This document shows positions 60,414-64,000 of a DNA stretch of 64,000 bases, piece after piece. The notes beneath the pieces are model-generated. The model did no database searches, was not told the origin of the DNA, and worked only from the letters and a program-made list of their open reading frames with translations. The position numbers and the translations under genes are program-made. This stretch comes from a virus. The DNA lies in IMG/VR virus record IMGVR_UViG_3300030451_005868, positions 18,669 to 82,668 of that record; one strand, written 5' to 3'. Position 1 is the first letter of the stretch, and every line of letters starts with the position of its first letter.

Positions 60414-62175
60414 AGAACTAACAGTAAAAAACTTTATGAGTGTGGGCAATGCCGCACAGAGCATAAATTTTGCCAATAAAAATTTAGTTTTGGTTATTGG
60501 CGAAAACATGGACTTGGGTGGCGATGACGCAGGTGCCAGAAACGGCACAGGAAAGACCACCATAGTGAATGCACTCAGTTATGTGCTGTTTGGTGAACCT
60601 TTGACACAGATAAGAAGAGATAATCTTGTCAACAAAACCAACGAAAAAGGCATGATGGTCAGTGTGAAGTTCACAAAAAACAATGTGGAATACACCATTG
60701 AAAGAGGACGTAAACCACAGATATTCAAATTTTATGCCAACAACATTGAACAAGACTTTGAAAGTAACGAAGCACAAGGTGAAAACAGAGAAACACAACA
60801 AGAAATAAACAGTCTGTTGGGCATGACTCATGCCATGTTCAAACACATCTGTGCATTGAACACATACACACAACCATTCCTGGCCACCAAACAGGCAGAA
60901 CAAAGGGAAATAATTGAACAGTTGTTGGGTATAACACTGTTGTCACAAAAAGCAGATTTACTGAAAGAAAAAATGAAAGCGGCCAAACAGGAACTTACAG
61001 AACAAAAATACAAAATTGACAGCCAGATTGCATCTAATGAAAAAATACAAGAAAGCATTGAAAGTTTGAAACTGAGATCCACTGCATGGCAAACACAAAA
61101 AGATCAAGACACAGAAAAATTTTCTGAGGCCATTGCTGAATTGGAGAAAGTGGACATCAAAGCAGAACTGGACGCACACAAACGTCTGCAAAAACACACA
61201 GAAATGCAGACTGCACTCAGAGGACTGCAAAAAGAACGTGCATATCACGAAGATGCTTTGACCAAAGCACAGACCACTGTGGAAAAAACAGAAAATGATC
61301 TGGAATACACTGCACAACAAAAGTGTCCCACATGTGAACAGGAACTAAAAGACGACAAGCACGAACAATTGGTGGGCAAATTGAAAACCACACTGACAGA
61401 ATCCAAAGAATATGCTGACAAACTGCAAAGTGATCTTGCAAAAATACAACAGGGCATTGATGACGTGGGTGATCTGGGTCAAATACCAGACACATACTAT
61501 GACTCCATAGACGAAGCATACAATCACAAAGGATCATTGAAAGATCTCAAACGTCAATTGGAACAAACACAGTCCAAAGAAGATCCATACGCAGAACAGA
61601 TCGAAGACCTAACCAAAAAAGCCATACAAAAAATAGACTACACGCAAGTCAACGAAATGGAAGATCTCTACAGGCATCAAGAGTTTTTATACAAACTGCT
61701 GACAGCAAAAGATTCGTTTATTAGAACAAGAATAATAGAACAGAATCTCACATACTTGAATCAGCGTTTGGCATTTTTCTTGGGCAAGGTGAAACTGCCA
61801 CACACAGTGATTTTCCAACCAGATCTCAGTGTGAGAATTGAAGAGTTGGGCAGAGAACTGGATTTTGATAATCTAAGCAGAGGTGAACGTAACAGATTGA
61901 TATTGAGTTTGAGTTGGGCATTCAGAGATGTGTGGGAAAGTCTTTATCAACAGATCAACTTGCTGTTCATTGACGAGTTGGTGGATGCCGGGATGGACAT
62001 ATCCGGTGTGGAAAGTTCCATGGCAGTGCTGAAAGAGATGAGCAGAACACAAAACAAAAACATTTTCTTGATTTCACACAAAGATGAATTGGTAAGCAGA
62101 GTTAATTCTGTACTGAAAGTAACCAAAGAAAACGGTTTTACCAATTATGCCAACGATGTTGAAATAATTGTATAA
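60400..62175 (+). CDS. Recombination ATPase subunit, gp46/Rad50/SbcC-like
   Basis: KNFMSVG, Walker A NGTGKT, zinc hook CPTC, signature LSRGE, Walker B FIDE, ISH. Confidence 0.93.
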   Translation: MLTIKELTVKNFMSVGNAAQSINFANKNLVLVIGENMDLGGDDAGARNGTGKTTIVNALSYVLFGEPLTQIRRDNLVNKTNEKGMMVSVKFTKNNVEYTIERGRKPQIFKFYANNIEQDFESNEAQGENRETQQEINSLLGMTHAMFKHICALNTYTQPFLATKQAEQREIIEQLLGITLLSQKADLLKEKMKAAKQELTEQKYKIDSQIASNEKIQESIESLKLRSTAWQTQKDQDTEKFSEAIAELEKVDIKAELDAHKRLQKHTEMQTALRGLQKERAYHEDALTKAQTTVEKTENDLEYTAQQKCPTCEQELKDDKHEQLVGKLKTTLTESKEYADKLQSDLAKIQQGIDDVGDLGQIPDTYYDSIDEAYNHKGSLKDLKRQLEQTQSKEDPYAEQIEDLTKKAIQKIDYTQVNEMEDLYRHQEFLYKLLTAKDSFIRTRIIEQNLTYLNQRLAFFLGKVKLPHTVIFQPDLSVRIEELGRELDFDNLSRGERNRLILSLSWAFRDVWESLYQQINLLFIDELVDAGMDISGVESSMAVLKEMSRTQNKNIFLISHKDELVSRVNSVLKVTKENGFTNYANDVEIIV

Positions 62176-62182
62176 TTTTCTA

Positions 62183-62212
62183 TTGACAAAACCACTTCTT
62201 ACGTGCTTTAAT
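62183..62212 (+). promoter_or_regulatory. Sigma70-like promoter for the H1-like gene
   Basis: TTGACA-N18-TTTAAT with an extended -10 TG. Confidence 0.5.
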
Positions 62213-62262
62213 AACACATATGTTAATTAATAATATCGTACGATAAAGGAAGGACGTAAATT

Positions 62263-62457
62263 ATGTCTAACACACACGAACAGATCATGACAGAGATTCA
62301 AGCATACTCTGAAGAGAACGGTAAGTTCACAGAGAAAGGTGTCAAGGCTTCTGCAACAAGAGCCAGAAAAGCACTTGCTAATCTTTCTAAATTGATCAAA
62401 GCAAGAAGAAAAGAAATTCAAGAGGCAAAAAACGCGGCATCAACGCCGGCGGCATAA
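62263..62457 (+). CDS. Histone H1-like (Hc1-type) DNA-binding protein
   Basis: KFTEKGVKASATRARKAL..LSKLIK.RRKEIQ matches the Hc1 core; AGGA RBS. Confidence 0.8.
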   Translation: MSNTHEQIMTEIQAYSEENGKFTEKGVKASATRARKALANLSKLIKARRKEIQEAKNAASTPAA

Positions 62458-62478
62458 TTGCCAATTGGATCCAATTAG

Positions 62479-62506
62479 AGCCTCTACTTTCGAGTAGAGG
62501 CTTTTT
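62479..62506 (+). terminator. Intrinsic terminator between convergent genes
   Basis: AGCCTCTACT-TTCG-AGTAGAGGCT followed by a T-run. Confidence 0.85.
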
Positions 62507-62906
62507 CTTTTAATATACCTTTGCCATGAACACGCACACGAATGTGTCCGTTGTAGTACTGATTTGATTCTAAAACCTTACGAGCAAACTGCTCTCTGGC
62601 CTCCACATAACTTAATTCTGCTTTGGAGTAACAGTAAAAAAGTATTTCTCTGGTAAAATTTTGTTTGCCAATTTTTTTGATGTCCAAAGAAAGTTCGTCA
62701 CTGCTTCCGTAATAGTCTCGCCAGTCCGAATCCACTTTGTATCTTCTTTTGTTTTTTCTCCCTTTCAGTGGTGGACGTGATCTTTTGAATCTGGCTAATT
62801 TTTTACCAATATACATCCTACCATTAGTAACATTGGTTATTTGATACACAAAACCTACCACGTCTTCTGGTAATTCATTCACAGTTTTTTGTTGAAAAGT
62901 CCACAT
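62484..62906 (-). CDS. Stand-alone GIY-YIG endonuclease (Seg-like domain)
   Basis: GFVYQITN..NGRMYIGKK, YYGSS, FTREIL, YYNG; ATG 62906 follows TAAATA. Confidence 0.85.
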   Translation of the reverse strand: MWTFQQKTVNELPEDVVGFVYQITNVTNGRMYIGKKLARFKRSRPPLKGRKNKRRYKVDSDWRDYYGSSDELSLDIKKIGKQNFTREILFYCYSKAELSYVEAREQFARKVLESNQYYNGHIRVRVHGKGILKEKASTRK

Positions 62907-62960
62907 TGACAATATTTAAATCCAAAAAGATTGACCTTCAAATAAAACTCATATAAACAA

Positions 62961-63373
62961 GTGTGATAGGCACACAAACAATTCTTTATAATTCACACAG
63001 GCAAACATAGCATCCAAGTAGTGAGCACGGAAATGCGGCTGAAATGCGACAGGTGAATCCGTTGATGCAAAAGGCAAAATGATGAGGCTCTGAGAAACAG
63101 CAACCTCAGGTCTACCAAAAATTATCATGCAAAGATTTGGTAGGCTCGCGTTGGATGAATAAGCGAATGGGTACAGCACAACCGCCCAGTTACGACAGCG
63201 TTGCATGGTGACTGTGATACTCGCCACAGTGGGTACAAGTCAGTTCGGCTAGAAATAGCCGAATTGTGACTGCTCATCTGCCACAGTAGGCGCTAAAATT
63301 TAAAATTGCGTTTGCGTAAATTAAAAAAGAAACGAGCGTAAGCGAAGTTTCAGATGGTTGTAAACCATCTTTT
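62961..63373 (+). ncRNA. Candidate large structured non-coding element (ncRNA and/or replication origin), family not recognised
   Basis: Largest non-coding gap in the window; at least 8 helices, a GAAA tetraloop, an 11-bp loop-distal pairing and a 3' hairpin plus T-run; weak upstream TTGACC/TATAAA. Confidence 0.55.
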
Positions 63374-63393
63374 CATTGACCTTAAGTAACAGT

Positions 63394-64000
63394 ATGAAAA
63401 CGTTTGTGTACGGAGATTCTTTCAGCAATCATGCATGGTGTCAATGTCCGCAGGATCGCATGTGGTATGCACAATTGGTTCGGGGTGAACTGATTGATCG
63501 CACACGTGTGAGTGCCAGCACACAGGAGATGTTTCTGCTGGCCACCACAGACGCCGTGTCTAACCCCACAGCACGTTTTATTCTGGGCACCGGAGTGATG
63601 TATTCTCGCATGATGTTGTACACAGATCAACTGTACGCCGACGAACAGCGTCCCGACAGCATAGACTCGTGCCTACAGCATTTTGACACACAGCAGTTGG
63701 ACCGAGCACTGCACGTGGGCATATATCATCACACCCTGGTTTGGAGTCAGTATCTGGCCAATGTGATCAGTTTTGGCAGTGTGGCACAGGGACAACAGTG
63801 GTTGATCACTCACATGAACGCACCTGCCAACGAACACATCGCTGTCACACACCCGCTGATACAGCCGTTGCTGAAACGCACCATGTCCATGCCCGGATAC
63901 ATCGATCATCGTCACTCGTGCAGACACCTGTGTGAACAGGCCGGGATACTGCCGCATGATCATGCACAGTACGGTTGGGACGGTCATCACTCTGAGGCGG
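63394..64000 (+). CDS. SGNH/GDSL-like protein, 3'-partial (not in the ORF track)
   Basis: Hand translation MKTFVYGDSFSNH...YGWDGHHSEA stays open to the window end; GDSF and DGH motifs. Confidence 0.75.
   Translation, partial: MKTFVYGDSFSNHAWCQCPQDRMWYAQLVRGELIDRTRVSASTQEMFLLATTDAVSNPTARFILGTGVMYSRMMLYTDQLYADEQRPDSIDSCLQHFDTQQLDRALHVGIYHHTLVWSQYLANVISFGSVAQGQQWLITHMNAPANEHIAVTHPLIQPLLKRTMSMPGYIDHRHSCRHLCEQAGILPHDHAQYGWDGHHSEA

Noticed and set aside
63021-63064. Faint resemblance to group II intron domain V; tmRNA, RNase P and group I identity also considered
   Set aside because: Stem length and bulge geometry do not fit, no gene is interrupted, and I see no tRNA-like ends, GAGGAAAGUCC or group I core motifs
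62949-63227. 92-aa minus-strand ORF over the structured element
   Set aside because: Non-ATG start, no RBS, atypical composition; the dense base-pairing explains the region better
63382-63990. Short ORFs listed in the track at the right end
   Set aside because: Shadows of the open + strand SGNH-like frame starting at 63394
1-64000. Stop-codon recoding, tRNA genes, integrase or host chromosomal DNA
   Set aside because: Genes tile fully under the standard code with TAA, TAG and TGA stops; I saw no cloverleaf, integrase or cellular housekeeping block

Overview
The window is a gene-dense, AT-rich segment of a large myovirus genome with distant T4-like core genes, read in the standard genetic code. 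A marine alphaproteobacterial (SAR11-like) host is plausible from the permease but unproven. Layout: (1) 1-12.3 kb, + strand: purine phosphoribosyltransferase, NCS2/AzgA permease, QueE-like radical SAM, T4 RNase H-like nuclease, MoxR AAA+/vWA pair and a short DegT-like aminotransferase, under sigma70-like promoters. (2) 12.3-28.7 kb, - strand: a 16-kb operon with its own sigma70-like promoter, holding four glycosyltransferase-like genes, five tandem twitch/SPASM-like radical SAM enzymes, SGNH-like proteins, a carbamoyltransferase, an NDP-sugar epimerase and a GNAT-like protein. (3) 28.7-58.1 kb, - strand: tail and baseplate genes (three paralogous fibres, a 4311-aa protein, gp6-, gp25-, gp5- and gp53-like) with T4-type late promoters. 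(4) 58.2-64 kb: gp55-like sigma factor, gp47/gp46, a histone H1-like protein, a GIY-YIG nuclease, a ~410-nt densely paired non-coding element and a GC-rich SGNH-like gene missing from the ORF track. The best leads are the structured non-coding element, the radical SAM/glycosylation operon with candidate acceptor motifs in virion proteins, and apparent avoidance of AGCT and GCWGC. All calls come from reading motifs by eye; no searches were run.
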